Positions 43,731 through 60,922 of a stretch of DNA of 64,000 nt are shown here, piece by piece. Both the position numbers and the translations under genes were made by a program. This DNA is from Eledone cirrhosa. Taxonomy: Eukaryota. Location: contig CAXHJY010001327.1 of the NCBI GenBank assembly GCA_964016885.1, forward strand, positions 186,001 through 250,000, read 5' to 3'. Every line of letters begins with the position of its first letter. The first letter of the stretch is position 1. The notes under the pieces were generated by a model. The model was not told the DNA's origin and made no database searches. It saw only the letters and a list, made by a program, of their open reading frames with translations.

Positions 43731-46700
43731 ACTAGTAATGACTGTTACAATGAAATATAAAACTAGTAATGACTGTTACATTGAAATATAAAACTAGTAA
43801 TGGCTATTACAATGAAATATAGAACTAGTAATGACTTATAATGAAATATAGTACTAGTAATGATTGTTACAATGAATATAAAACTAGTAATGACTGTTAC
43901 CATGAATATGAAACTAGTAATGACTGTTACAATGAATATAAATCTAGTAATGACTGTTACAATGAATATAAAACTAGTAATGACTTATAATGAAATATAG
44001 AACCAGTAATGACTGTTACAATGAAATATAGAACTAGTAATGACTGTTACAATGAAATATAGAACTAGTAATGACTGTTACAATGAAATATAGAACTAGT
44101 AATGACTGTTACATTGAAATATAAAACTAGTAATGGCTATTACAATGAAATATAGAACTAGTAATGACTGTTACATTGAAATATAAAACTAGTAATGGCT
44201 TTTACAATGAAATATAGAACTAGTAATGACTGTTACAATGAAATATAAAACTAGTAATGACTGTTACAATGAATATAAAACTAGTAATGACTGTTATAAT
44301 GAAATATAGAACTAGTAATGACTGTTACAATGAAATATAGAACTAGTAATGACTGTTACAATGAAATATAGAACTAGTAATGACTGTTACAATGAAATAT
44401 AGAACTAGTAATGACTGTTACATTGAAATATAAAACTAGTAATGGCTATTACAATGAAATATAGAACTAGTAATGACTGTTACATTGAAATATAAAACTA
44501 GTAATGGCTTTTACAATGAAATATAGAACTTGTAATGACTGTTACAATGAAATATAGTACTAGAAATGACTGTTACAATGAATATAAAACTAGTAATGAC
44601 TGTTACCATGAATATAAAACTAGTAATGACTTACCATGAATATAAAACTAGTAATGACTGTTACAATGAAAAATAGTTCTAGTAATGACTGTTACAATGA
44701 AATATAGTTCTAGTAATGACTGTTATAATGAAATATAGAACTGGTAATGACTGTTACAATGAAATATAGAACGAGTATTGACTGTGGCAATGAAATATAG
44801 AATTAGTAATGACTGTCACAATGAAATATAGTTCTAGTAATGACGGTTACAATGAAATATAGAACTAGTAATGACTGTTACAATGAAATATAGAACTAGT
44901 AATGACTGTTACAATGAAATATAGAACTAGTAATGACTGTTACAATGAAATATAGAACTAGTAATGACTGTTACAATGAAATATACAACTATTAATGACT
45001 GTTACAATGAAATAATGAACTAGTGATGACTGTTACAATGAAATAATGAACTAGTCATGACTGTTACAATGAAATATAAAACTAGTAATGACTGTTACAA
45101 TGAAATATAGTACTAGTAATGACTGTTACAATGAATATAAAACTAGTAATGACTGTTACCATGAATATAAAACTAGTAATGACTTACCATGAATATAAAA
45201 CTAGTAATGACTGTTACAATGAAATAATGAACTAGTAATGACTGTTACAATGAAATAATGAACTAGTAATGACTGTTACAATGAAATATAAAACTAGTAA
45301 TGACTGTTACAATGAAATATAGTACTAGTAATGACTGTTACAATGAATATAAAACTAGTAATGACTGTTACCATGAATATAAAACTAGTAATGACTGTTA
45401 CCATGAATATAAAACTAGTAATGACTGTTACAATGAAATATAGTTCTAGTAATGACTGTTACAATGAAATATAGAACTGGTAATGACTGTTACAATGAAA
45501 TATAAAACTAGTAATGACTGTTACAATGAAATATAAAACTACTAATGACTGTTACAATGAAATATAAAACTACTAATGACTTATAATGAAATATAGAATT
45601 AGTAATGACTGTTACAATGAAATATAAAACTAGTAATGACTGTTACAATGAAATATTGAACTAGTAATGACTGTTACAATGAAATATAAAACTAGTAATG
45701 ACTGTTACAATGAACTATAAAACTAGTAATGACTGTTACAATGAAATATAGTACTAGTAATGACTGTTACAATGAATATAAAACTAGTAATGACTGTTAC
45801 AATGAATATAAATCTAGTAATGACTGTTACAATGAATATAAAACTAGTAATGACTTATAATGAAATATAGAACCAGTAATGACTGTTACAATGAAATATA
45901 GAACTAGTAATGACTGTTACAATGAAATATAGAACTAGTAATGACTGTTACAATGAAATATAGAACTAGTAATGACTGTTACATTGAAATATAAAACTAG
46001 TAATGGCTATTACAATGAAATATAGAACTAGTAATGACTGTTACATTGAAATATAAAACTAGTAATGGCTTTTACAATGAAATATAGAACTAGTAATGAC
46101 TGTTACAATGAAATATAAAACTAGTAATGACTGTTACAATGAATATAAAACTAGTAATGACTGTTATAATGAAATATAGAACTAGTAATGACTGTTACAA
46201 TGAAATATAGAACTAGTAATGACTGTTACAATGAAATATAGAACTAGTAATGACTGTTACAATGAAATATAGAACTAGTAATGACTGTTACATTGAAATA
46301 TAAAACTAGTAATGGCTATTACAATGAAATATAGAACTAGTAATGACTGTTACATTGAAATATAAAACTAGTAATGGCTTTTACAATGAAATATAGAACT
46401 TGTAATGACTGTTACAATGAAATATAAAACTAGTAATGACTTATAATGAAATATAGAATTAGTAATGACTGTTACAATGAAATATAAAACTAGTAATGAC
46501 TGTTACAATGAAATATTGAACAAGTAATGACTGTTACAATGAAATATAAAACTAGTAATGACTGTTACAACGAACTATAAAACTAGTAATGACTGTTACA
46601 ATGAAATATAGTACTAGAAATGACTGTTACAATGAATATAAAACTAGTAATGACTGTTACCATGAATATAAAACTAGTAATGACTTACCATGAATATAAA

Positions 46701-47850
46701 ACTAGTAATGACTGTTACAATGAAAAATAGTTCTAGTAATGACTGTTACAATGAAATATAGTTCTAGTAATGACTGTTATAATGAAATATAGAACTGGTA
46801 ATGACTGTTACAATGAAATATAGAACGAGTATTGACTGTGGCAATGAAATATAGAATTAGTAATGACTGTCACAATGAAATATAGTTCTAGTAATGACGG
46901 TTACAATGAAATATAGAACTAGTAATGACTGTTACAATGAAATATAGAACTAGTAATGACTGTTACAATGAAATATAGAACTAGTAATGACTGTTACAAT
47001 GAAATATACAACTATTAATGACTGTTACAATGAAATAATGAACTAGTGATGACTGTTACAATGAAATAATGAACTAGTCATGACTGTTACAATGAAATAT
47101 AAAACTAGTAATGACTGTTACAATGAAATATAGTACTAGTAATGACTGTTACAATGAATATAAAACTAGTAATGACTGTTACCATGAATATAAAACTAGT
47201 AATGACTGTTACCATGAATATAAAACTAGTAATGACTTACCATGAATATAAAACTAGTAATGACTGTTACAATGAAATAATGAACTAGTAATGACTGTTA
47301 CAATGAAATAATGAACTAGTAATGACTGTTACAATGAAATATAAAACTAGTAATGACTGTTACAATGAAATATAGTACTAGTAATGACTGTTACAATGAA
47401 TATAAAACTAGTAATGACTGTTACCATGAATATAAAACTAGTAATGACTGTTACCATGAATATAAAACTAGTAATGACTGTTACAATGAAATATAGTTCT
47501 AGTAATGACTGTTACAATGAAATATAGAACTGGTAATGACTGTTACAATGAAATATAAAACTAGTAATGACTGTTACAATGAAATATAAAACTACTAATG
47601 ACTGTTACAATGAAATATAAAACTACTAATGACTGTTACAATGAAATATAGAATTAGTAATGACTGTTACAATGAAATATAAAACTAGTAATGACTGTTA
47701 CAATGAAATATTGAACTAGTAATGACTGTTACAATGAAATATAAAACTAGTAATGACTGTTACAATGAACTATAAAACTAGTAATGACTGTTACAATGAA
47801 ATATAGTACTAGTAATGACTGTTACAATGAATATAAAACTAGTAATGACT
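41540..47850 (+). repeat. Three tandem copies of a ~1.9-2.2 kb higher-order unit
   Basis: aaatctag at 41765/43940/45810 and tagaacgagt at 42776/44767/46821 (spacing 1991 and 2054). Confidence 0.82.
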
Positions 47851-50290
47851 GTTACAATGAATATAAAACTAGTAATGACTATTATAATGAAATATAGAAC
47901 AAGTAATGACTGTTACAATGAAATATAGAACTAGTAATGACTGTTACATTGAAATATAAAACTAGTAATGGCTATTACAATGAAATATAGAACTAGTAAT
48001 GACTGTTACAATGAAATATAGAACTAGTAATGACTGTTACAATCAAATATAAAACTAGTAATTACTGTTACAATGAAATATAAAACTAGTAATGACTGTT
48101 ACAATGAAATAATGAACTAGTAATGACTGTTACAATGAAATATAAAACTAGTAATGACTGTTACAATGAAATATAGTACTAGTAATGACTGTTACAATGA
48201 ATATAGTACTAGTAATGACTGTTACAATGAATATAAAACTAGTAATGACTGTGACCATGAACATAAAACTAGTAATGACTGTTACAATGAAATAATGAAC
48301 TAGTAATGACTGTTACAATGAAATATAAAACCAGTAATGACTGTTACCATGAATATAAAACTAGTAATGACTGTTACCATGAATATAAAACTAGTAATGA
48401 CTGTTACAATGAAATATAGTTCTAGTAATGACTGTTACAATGAAATATAGAACTGGTAATGACTGTTACAATGAAATATAAAACTAGTAATGACTGTTAC
48501 AATGAAATATAAAACTAATAATGACTTATAATGAAATATAGAATTAGTAATGACTGTTACAATGAAATATAAAACTAGTAATGACTGTTACAATGAAATA
48601 TAAAACTAGTAATGACTGTTACAATGAAATATAAAACTAGTAATGACTGTTACATTGAAATATAAAACTAGTAATGGCTATTACAATGAAATATAGAACT
48701 AGTAATGACTGTTACAATGAATATAAAACTAGTAATGACTGTTACCATGAATATAAAACTAGTAATGACTTACCATGAATATAAAACTAGTAATGACTGT
48801 TACAATGAAATATAGTTCTAGTAATGACTGTTACAATGAAATATAGTTCTAGTAATGACTGTTACAATGAAATATAGAACTGGTAATGACTGTTACAATG
48901 AAATATAGAACTAGTAATGACTGTTACAATGAAATATAGAACTAGTAATGACTGTTACAATGAAATATAGAACTAGTAATAACTGTTACAATGAAATATA
49001 GAACTAGTAATGACTGTTACAATGAAATATAGAATTAGGAATGACTGTCACAATGAAATATAAAACTAGTAATGACTGTAACAATGAAATATAGAACTAG
49101 TAATGACTGTTACAATGAAATATAAAACTAGTAATGACTGTTACAATGAATATAAAACTAGTAATGACTGTTACAATGAAATATAAAACTAGTAATGACT
49201 GTTACATTGAAATATAAAACTAGTAATGGCTATTACAATGAAATATAGAACTAGTAATGACTGTTACAATGAAATATAAAACTAGTAATGACTTATAATG
49301 AAATATAGTACTAGTAATGATTGTTACAATGAATATAAAACTAGTAATGACTGTTAACATGAATATGAAACTAGTAATGACTGTTACAATGAATATAAAA
49401 CTAGTAATGACTGTTACAATGAATATAAAACTAGTAATGACTGTTATAATGAAATATAGAACCAGTAATGACTGTTACAATGAAATATAGAACTAGTAAT
49501 GACTGTTACAATGAAATATAGAACTAGTAATGACTGTTACAATGAAATATAGAACTAGTAATGACTGTTACATTGAAATATAAAACTAGTAATGGCTATT
49601 ACAATGAAATATAGAACTAGTAATGACTGTTACATTGAAATATAAAACTAGTAATGGCTTTTACAATGAAATATAGAACTAGTAATGACTGTTACAATGA
49701 AATATAAAACTAGTAATGACTGTTACAATGAATATAAAACTAGTAATGACTGTTATAATGAAATATAGAACTAGTAATGACTGTTACAATGAAATATAGA
49801 ACTAGTAATGACTGTTACAATGAAATATAGAACTAGTAATGACTGTTACAATGAAATATAGAACTAGTAATGACTGTTACATTGAAATATAAAACTAGTA
49901 ATGGCTATTACAATGAAATATAGAACTAGTAATGACTGTTACATTGAAATATAAAACTAGTAATGGCTTTTACAATGAAATATAGAACTTGTAATGACTG
50001 TTACAATGAAATATAAAACTAGTAATGACTTATAATGAAATATAGAATTAGTAATGACTGTTACAATGAAATATAAAACTAGTAATGACTGTTACAATGA
50101 AATATTGAACAAGTAATGACTGTTACAATGAAATATAAAACTAGTAATGACTGTTACAACGAACTATAAAACTAGTAATGACTGTTACAATGAAATATAG
50201 TACTAGAAATGACTGTTACAATGAATATAAAACTAGTAATGACTTCCAATGAATATAAAACTAGTAATGACTGTTACAATGAATATAAAA

Positions 50291-53200
50291 CTAGTAATGA
50301 CTGTTACAAGGAATATAAAACTAGTAATGAATTGTAATGAAATATAGAACTAGTAATGACTGTTACAATGAAATATAGAACTAGTAATGACTGTTACAAT
50401 GAAATATAGAACTAGTAATGACTGTTACAATGAAATATAGAACTAGTAATGGCTATTACAATGAAATATAAAACTAGTAATGACTTATAATGAAATATAG
50501 AATTAGTAATGACTGTTACAATGAAATATAAAACTAGTAATGACTGTTACAATGAAATAATGAACTAGTAATGACTGTTACAATGAAATAATGAACTAGG
50601 AATGACTGTTACAATGAAATATAAAACTAGTAATGACTGTTACGATGAAATATAGTACTAGAATTGACTGTTACAATGAATATAAAACTAGTAATGACTG
50701 TTACCATGAATATAAAACTAGTAATGCCTTTTACAATGAAATATAGTTCTAGTAATGACTGTTACAATGAAATATAGTTCTAGTAATGACTGTTACAATG
50801 AAATATAGAACTGGTAATGACTGTTACAATGAAATATAAAACTAGTAATGACTGTTACAATGAAATAGATAACTAGTAATAACTGTTACAATGAATATAA
50901 AACTAGGAATGACTGTTACAATGAAATATAGTTCTAGTAATGACTGTTACAATGAAATATAGTTCTAGTAATGACTGTTACAATGAATATAAAACTAGTA
51001 ATGACTGTTATAATGAAATATAGAACTAGTAATGACTGTTTCAAAGAAATATAGAACTAGTAATGACTGTTACAATGAAATATAGAACTAGTAATGACTG
51101 TTACATTGAAATATAAAACTAGTAATGGCTGTTACAATGAAATATAAAACTAGTAATGACTTATAGTGAAACATAGAATTAGTAATGACTGTTACAATGA
51201 AATATAAAACTAGTAATGACTGTTACATGAAATATTGAACTAGTATTGACTGTTACAATGAAATATAAAACTAGTAATGACTGTTACGATGAACTATAAA
51301 ACTAGTAATGACTGTTACAATGAATATAAAACTAGTAATGACTGATACCATGAATATAAAACTAGTAATGACTTACCATGAATATAAAACTAGTAATGAC
51401 TGTTACAATGAAATATAGTTCTAGTAATGACTGTTACAATGAAATATAGTTCTAGTAATGACTGTTACAATGAAATATAGTTCTAGTAATGACTGTTACA
51501 ATGAAATATAGAACTGGTAATGACTGTTACAATGAAATATAGAACTAGTATTGACTGCGACAATGAAATATAGAACTAGTATTGACTGCGACAATGAAAT
51601 ATAGAATTAGTAATGACTGTCACAATGAAATATAGTTCTAGTAATGACTGTTACAATGAAATATAGAACTAGTAATGACTGTTACAATGAAATATAGAAC
51701 TAGTACTGACTGTTACAATGAAATATAGAACTAGTAATGACTGTTACAATGAAATATAGAATTAGTAATGACTGTCACAATGAAATATAAAACTAGTAAT
51801 GACTGTTACAATGAAATATATAACTAGTAATGACTGTTACATTGAAATATAAAACTAGTAATGACTGTTATAATAAAATATAGTACTAGTAATGACTGTT
51901 ACAAGGAATATAAAACTAGTAATGAATTGTAATGAAATATAGAACTAGTAATGACTGTTACAATGAAATATAGAACTAGTAATGACTGTTACAATGAAAT
52001 ATAGAACTAGTAATGACTGTTACAATGAAATATAGAACTAGTAATGGCTATTACAATGAAATATAAAACTAGTAATGACTTATAATGAAATATAGAATTA
52101 GTAATGACTGTTACAATGAAATATAAAACTAGTAATGACTGTTACAATGAAATAATGAACTAGTAATGACTGTTACAATGAAATAATGAACTAGGAATGA
52201 CTGTTACAATGAAATATAAAACTAGTAATGACTGTTACGATGAAATATAGTACTAGAATTGACTGTTACAATGAATATAAAACTAGTAATGACTGTTACC
52301 ATGAATATAAAACTAGTAATGCCTTTTACAATGAAATATAGTTCTAGTAATGACTGTTACAATGAAATATAGTTCTAGTAATGACTGTTACAATGAAATA
52401 TAGAACTGGTAATGACTGTTACAATGAAATATAAAACTAGTAATGACTGTTACAATGAAATAGATAACTAGTAATAACTGTTACAATGAATATAAAACTA
52501 GGAATGACTGTTACAATGAAATATAGTTCTAGTAATGACTGTTACAATGAAATATAGTTCTAGTAATGACTGTTACAATGAATATAAAACTAGTAATGAC
52601 TGTTATAATGAAATATAGAACTAGTAATGACTGTTTCAAAGAAATATAGAACTAGTAATGACTGTTACAATGAAATATAGAACTAGTAATGACTGTTACA
52701 TTGAAATATAAAACTAGTAATGGCTGTTACAATGAAATATAGAACTAGTAATGACTGTTACAATGAAATATAAAACTAGTAATGACTTATAGTGAAACAT
52801 AGAATTAGTAATGACTGTTACAATGAAATATAAAACTAGTAATGACTGTTACATGAAATATTGAACTAGTATTGACTGTTACAATGAAATATAAAACTAG
52901 TAATGACTGTTACGATGAACTATAAAACTAGTAATGACTGTTACAATGAATATAAAACTAGTAATGACTGATACCATGAATATAAAACTAGTAATGACTT
53001 ACCATGAATATAAAACTAGTAATGACTGTTACAATGAAATATAGTTCTAGTAATGACTGTTACAATGAAATATAGTTCTAGTAATGACTGTTACAATGAA
53101 ATATAGTTCTAGTAATGACTGTTACAATGAAATATAGAACTGGTAATGACTGTTACAATGAAATATAGAACTAGTATTGACTGCGACAATGAAATATAGA

Positions 53201-53511
53201 ACTAGTATTGACTGCGACAATGAAATATAGAATTAGTAATGACTGTCACAATGAAATATAGTTCTAGTAATGACTGTTACAATGAAATATAGAACTAGTA
53301 ATGACTGTTACAATGAAATATAGAACTAGTACTGACTGTTACAATGAAATATAGAACTAGTAATGACTGTTACAATGAAATATAGAATTAGTAATGACTG
53401 TCACAATGAAATATAAAACTAGTAATGACTGTTACAATGAAATATATAACTAGTAATGACTGTTACATTGAAATATAAAACTAGTAATGACTGTTATAAT
53501 AAAATATAGTA
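50291..53511 (+). repeat. Tandem duplication, unit 1,595 bp (second copy 1,626 bp with one extra monomer)
   Basis: attgtaatg 50331/51926 and gccttttac 50726/52321 (1595); ttatagtgaaac 51161/52787 (1626). Confidence 0.88.
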
Positions 53512-56500
53512 CTAGTAATGACTGTTACAATGAATATAAAACTAGTAATGACTGTTACCATGAATATAAAACTAGTAATGACTGTTACAATGAAATATAG
53601 TTCTAGTAATGACTGTTAGAATGAAATATAGAACTGGTAATGACTGTTACAATGAAATATAAAACTAGTAATGACTGTTACAATGAAATATAAAACTAAT
53701 GACTTATAATGAAATATAGAATTAGTAATGACTGTTACAATGAAATATAAAACTAGTAATGACTGTTACAATGAAATATAAAACTAGTAATGACTGTTAC
53801 AATGAACTATATAACTAGTAATGACCGTTACAATGAACTATAAAACTAGTAATGACTGTTACAATGAAATATAGTACTAGAAATGACTGTTACAATGAAT
53901 ATAAAACTAGTAATGACTGTTACCATGAATATAAAACTAGTAATGACTTACCATGAATATAAAACTAGTAATGACTGTTACAATGAAATATAGTTCTAGT
54001 AATGACTGTTACAATGAAATATAGTTCTAGTAATGACTGTTACAATGAAATATAGAACTGGTAATGACTGTTACAATGAAATATAGAACTAGTAATGACT
54101 GTTACAATGAAATATAGAACTAGTATTGACTGCGACAATGAAATATAGAATTAGTAATGACTGTCACAATGAAATATAGTTCTAGTAATGACTGTTACAA
54201 TGAAATATAGAACTAGTAATGACTGTTACAATGAAATATAGAACTAGTAATGACTGTTACAATGAAATATAGAACTAGTAATGACTTATAATGAAATATA
54301 GTACTAGTAATGATTGTTACAATGAATATAAAACTAGTAATGACTGTTACCATGAATATGAAACTAGTAATGACTGTTACAATGAATATAAATCTAGTAA
54401 TGACTGTTACAATGAATATAAAACTAGTAATGACTTATAATGAAATATAGAACCAGTAATGACTGTTACAATGAAATATAGAACTAGTAATGACTGTTAC
54501 AATGAAATATAGAACTAGTAATGACTGTTACAATGAAATATAGAACTAGTAATGACTGTTACATTGAAATATAAAACTAGTAATGGCTATTACAATGAAA
54601 TATAGAACTAGTAATGACTGTTACATTGAAATATAAAACTAGTAATGGCTTTTACAATGAAATATAGAACTAGTAATGACTGTTACAATGAAATATAAAA
54701 CTAGTAATGACTGTTACAATGAATATAAAACTAGTAATGACTGTTATAATGAAATATAGAACTAGTAATGACTGTTACAATGAAATATAGAACTAGTAAT
54801 GACTGTTACAATGAAATATAGAACTAGTAATGACTGTTACAATGAAATATAGAACTAGTAATGACTGTTACATTGAAATATAAAACTAGTAATGGCTATT
54901 ACAATGAAATATAGAACTAGTAATGACTGTTACATTGAAATATAAAACTAGTAATGGCTTTTACAATGAAATATAGAACTTGTAATGACTGTTACAATGA
55001 AATATAAAACTAGTAATGACTTATAATGAAATATAGAATTAGTAATGACTGTTACAATGAAATATAAAACTAGTAATGACTGTTACAATGAAATATTGAA
55101 CAAGTAATGACTGTTACAATGAAATATAAAACTAGTAATGACTGTTACAACGAACTATAAAACTAGTAATGACTGTTACAATGAAATATAGTACTAGAAA
55201 TGACTGTTACAATGAATATAAAACTAGTAATGACTGTTACCATGAATATAAAACTAGTAATGACTTACCATGAATATAAAACTAGTAATGACTGTTACAA
55301 TGAAAAATAGTTCTAGTAATGACTGTTACAATGAAATATAGTTCTAGTAATGACTGTTATAATGAAATATAGAACTGGTAATGACTGTTACAATGAAATA
55401 TAGAACGAGTATTGACTGTGGCAATGAAATATAGAATTAGTAATGACTGTCACAATGAAATATAGTTCTAGTAATGACGGTTACAATGAAATATAGAACT
55501 AGTAATGACTGTTACAATGAAATATAGAACTAGTAATGACTGTTACAATGAAATATAGAACTAGTAATGACTGTTACAATGAAATATAGAACTAGTAATG
55601 ACTGTTACAATGAAATATACAACTATTAATGACTGTTACAATGAAATAATGAACTAGTGATGACTGTTACAATGAAATAATGAACTAGTCATGACTGTTA
55701 CAATGAAATATAAAACTAGTAATGACTGTTACAATGAAATATAGTACTAGTAATGACTGTTACAATGAATATAAAACTAGTAATGACTGTTACCATGAAT
55801 ATAAAACTAGTAATGACTTACCATGAATATAAAACTAGTAATGACTGTTACAATGAAATAATGAACTAGTAATGACTGTTACAATGAAATAATGAACTAG
55901 TAATGACTGTTACAATGAAATATAAAACTAGTAATGACTGTTACAATGAAATATAGTACTAGTAATGACTGTTACAATGAATATAAAACTAGTAATGACT
56001 GTTACCATGAATATAAAACTAGTAATGACTGTTACCATGAATATAAAACTAGTAATGACTGTTACAATGAAATATAGTTCTAGTAATGACTGTTACAATG
56101 AAATATAGAACTGGTAATGACTGTTACAATGAAATATAAAACTAGTAATGACTGTTACAATGAAATATAAAACTACTAATGACTGTTACAATGAAATATA
56201 AAACTACTAATGACTTATAATGAAATATAGAATTAGTAATGACTGTTACAATGAAATATAAAACTAGTAATGACTGTTACAATGAAATATTGAACTAGTA
56301 ATGACTGTTACAATGAAATATAAAACTAGTAATGACTGTTACAATGAACTATAAAACTAGTAATGACTGTTACAATGAAATATAGTACTAGTAATGACTG
56401 TTACAATGAATATAAAACTAGTAATGACTGTTACAATGAATATAAATCTAGTAATGACTGTTACAATGAATATAAAACTAGTAATGACTTATAATGAAAT

Positions 56501-59500
56501 ATAGAACCAGTAATGACTGTTACAATGAAATATAGAACTAGTAATGACTGTTACAATGAAATATAGAACTAGTAATGACTGTTACAATGAAATATAGAAC
56601 TAGTAATGACTGTTACATTGAAATATAAAACTAGTAATGGCTATTACAATGAAATATAGAACTAGTAATGACTGTTACATTGAAATATAAAACTAGTAAT
56701 GGCTTTTACAATGAAATATAGAACTAGTAATGACTGTTACAATGAAATATAAAACTAGTAATGACTGTTACAATGAATATAAAACTAGTAATGACTGTTA
56801 TAATGAAATATAGAACTAGTAATGACTGTTACAATGAAATATAGAACTAGTAATGACTGTTACAATGAAATATAGAACTAGTAATGACTGTTACAATGAA
56901 ATATAGAACTAGTAATGACTGTTACATTGAAATATAAAACTAGTAATGGCTATTACAATGAAATATAGAACTAGTAATGACTGTTACATTGAAATATAAA
57001 ACTAGTAATGGCTTTTACAATGAAATATAGAACTTGTAATGACTGTTACAATGAAATATAAAACTAGTAATGACTTATAATGAAATATAGAATTAGTAAT
57101 GACTGTTACAATGAAATATAAAACTAGTAATGACTGTTACAATGAAATATTGAACAAGTAATGACTGTTACAATGAAATATAAAACTAGTAATGACTGTT
57201 ACAACGAACTATAAAACTAGTAATGACTGTTACAATGAAATATAGTACTAGAAATGACTGTTACAATGAATATAAAACTAGTAATGACTGTTACCATGAA
57301 TATAAAACTAGTAATGACTTACCATGAATATAAAACTAGTAATGACTGTTACAATGAAAAATAGTTCTAGTAATGACTGTTACAATGAAATATAGTTCTA
57401 GTAATGACTGTTATAATGAAATATAGAACTGGTAATGACTGTTACAATGAAATATAGAACGAGTATTGACTGTGGCAATGAAATATAGAATTAGTAATGA
57501 CTGTCACAATGAAATATAGTTCTAGTAATGACGGTTACAATGAAATATAGAACTAGTAATGACTGTTACAATGAAATATAGAACTAGTAATGACTGTTAC
57601 AATGAAATATAGAACTAGTAATGACTGTTACAATGAAATATACAACTATTAATGACTGTTACAATGAAATAATGAACTAGTGATGACTGTTACAATGAAA
57701 TAATGAACTAGTCATGACTGTTACAATGAAATATAAAACTAGTAATGACTGTTACAATGAAATATAGTACTAGTAATGACTGTTACAATGAATATAAAAC
57801 TAGTAATGACTGTTACCATGAATATAAAACTAGTAATGACTGTTACCATGAATATAAAACTAGTAATGACTTACCATGAATATAAAACTAGTAATGACTG
57901 TTACAATGAAATAATGAACTAGTAATGACTGTTACAATGAAATAATGAACTAGTAATGACTGTTACAATGAAATATAAAACTAGTAATGACTGTTACAAT
58001 GAAATATAGTACTAGTAATGACTGTTACAATGAATATAAAACTAGTAATGACTGTTACCATGAATATAAAACTAGTAATGACTGTTACCATGAATATAAA
58101 ACTAGTAATGACTGTTACAATGAAATATAGTTCTAGTAATGACTGTTACAATGAAATATAGAACTGGTAATGACTGTTACAATGAAATATAAAACTAGTA
58201 ATGACTGTTACAATGAAATATAAAACTACTAATGACTGTTACAATGAAATATAAAACTACTAATGACTTATAATGAAATATAGAATTAGTAATGACTGTT
58301 ACAATGAAATATAAAACTAGTAATGACTGTTACAATGAAATATTGAACTAGTAATGACTGTTACAATGAAATATAAAACTAGTAATGACTGTTACAATGA
58401 ACTATAAAACTAGTAATGACTGTTACAATGAAATATAGTACTAGTAATGACTGTTACAATGAATATAAAACTAGTAATGACTGTTACAATGAATATAAAA
58501 CTAGTAATGACTATTATAATGAAATATAGAACAAGTAATGACTGTTACAATGAAATATAGAACTAGTAATGACTGTTACATTGAAATATAAAACTAGTAA
58601 TGGCTATTACAATGAAATATAGAACTAGTAATGACTGTTACAATGAAATATAGAACTAGTAATGACTGTTACAATCAAATATAAAACTAGTAATTACTGT
58701 TACAATGAAATATAAAACTAGTAATGACTGTTACAATGAAATAATGAACTAGTAATGACTGTTACAATGAAATATAAAACTAGTAATGACTGTTACAATG
58801 AAATATAGTACTAGTAATGACTGTTACAATGAATATAGTACTAGTAATGACTGTTACAATGAATATAAAACTAGTAATGACTGTGACCATGAATATAAAA
58901 CTAGTAATGACTGTTACAATGAAATAATGAACTAGTAATGACTGTTACAATGAAATATAAAACCAGTAATGACTGTTACCATGAATATAAAACTAGTAAT
59001 GACTGTTACCATGAATATAAAACTAGTAATGACTGTTACAATGAAATATAGTTCTAGTAATGACTGTTACAATGAAATATAGAACTGGTAATGACTGTTA
59101 CAATGAAATATAAAACTAGTAATGACTGTTACAATGAAATATAAAACTAATAATGACTTATAATGAAATATAGAATTAGTAATGACTGTTACAATGAAAT
59201 ATAAAACTAGTAATGACTGTTACAATGAAATATAAAACTAGTAATGACTGTTACAATGAAATATAAAACTAGTAATGACTGTTACATTGAAATATAAAAC
59301 TAGTAATGGCTATTACAATGAAATATAGAACTAGTAATGACTGTTACAATGAATATAAAACTAGTAATGACTGTTACCATGAATATAAAACTAGTAATGA
59401 CTTACCATGAATATAAAACTAGTAATGACTGTTACAATGAAATATAGTTCTAGTAATGACTGTTACAATGAAATATAGTTCTAGTAATGACTGTTACAAT

Positions 59501-60922
59501 GAAATATAGAACTGGTAATGACTGTTACAATGAAATATAGAACTAGTAATGACTGTTACAATGAAATATAGAACTAGTAATGACTGTTACAATGAAATAT
59601 AGAACTAGTAATAACTGTTACAATGAAATATAGAACTAGTAATGACTGTTATAATGAAATATAGAATTAGGAATGACTGTCACAATGAAATATAAAACTA
59701 GTAATGACTGTAACAATGAAATATAGAACTAGTAATGACTGTTACAATGAAATATAAAACTAGTAATGACTGTTACAATGAATATAAAACTAGTAATGAC
59801 TGTTACAATGAAATATAAAACTAGTAATGACTGTTACATTGAAATATAAAACTAGTAATGGCTATTACAATGAAATATAGAACTAGTAATGACTGTTACA
59901 ATGAAATATAAAACTAGTAATGACTTATAATGAAATATAGTACTAGTAATGATTGTTACAATGAATATAAAACTAGTAATGACTGTTAACATGAATATGA
60001 AACTAGTAATGACTGTTACAATGAATATAAAACTAGTAATGACTGTTACAATGAATATAAAACTAGTAATGACTGTTATAATGAAATATAGAACCAGTAA
60101 TGACTGTTACAATGAAATATAGAACTAGTAATGACTGTTACAATGAAATATAGAACTAGTAATGACTGTTACAATGAAATATAGAACTAGTAATGACTGT
60201 TACATTGAAATATAAAACTAGTAATGGCTATTACAATGAAATATAGAACTAGTAATGACTGTTACATTGAAATATAAAACTAGTAATGGCTTTTACAATG
60301 AAATATAGAACTAGTAATGACTGTTACAATGAAATATAAAACTAGTAATGACTGTTACAATGAATATAAAACTAGTAATGACTGTTATAATGAAATATAG
60401 AACTAGTAATGACTGTTACAATGAAATATAGAACTAGTAATGACTGTTACAATGAAATATAGAACTAGTAATGACTGTTACAATGAAATATAGAACTAGT
60501 AATGACTGTTACATTGAAATATAAAACTAGTAATGGCTATTACAATGAAATATAGAACTAGTAATGACTGTTACATTGAAATATAAAACTAGTAATGGCT
60601 TTTACAATGAAATATAGAACTTGTAATGACTGTTACAATGAAATATAAAACTAGTAATGACTTATAATGAAATATAGAATTAGTAATGACTGTTACAATG
60701 AAATATAAAACTAGTAATGACTGTTACAATGAAATATTGAACAAGTAATGACTGTTACAATGAAATATAAAACTAGTAATGACTGTTACAACGAACTATA
60801 AAACTAGTAATGACTGTTACAATGAAATATAGTACTAGAAATGACTGTTACAATGAATATAAAACTAGTAATGACTTCCAATGAATATAAAACTAGTAAT
60901 GACTGTTACAATGAATATAAAA

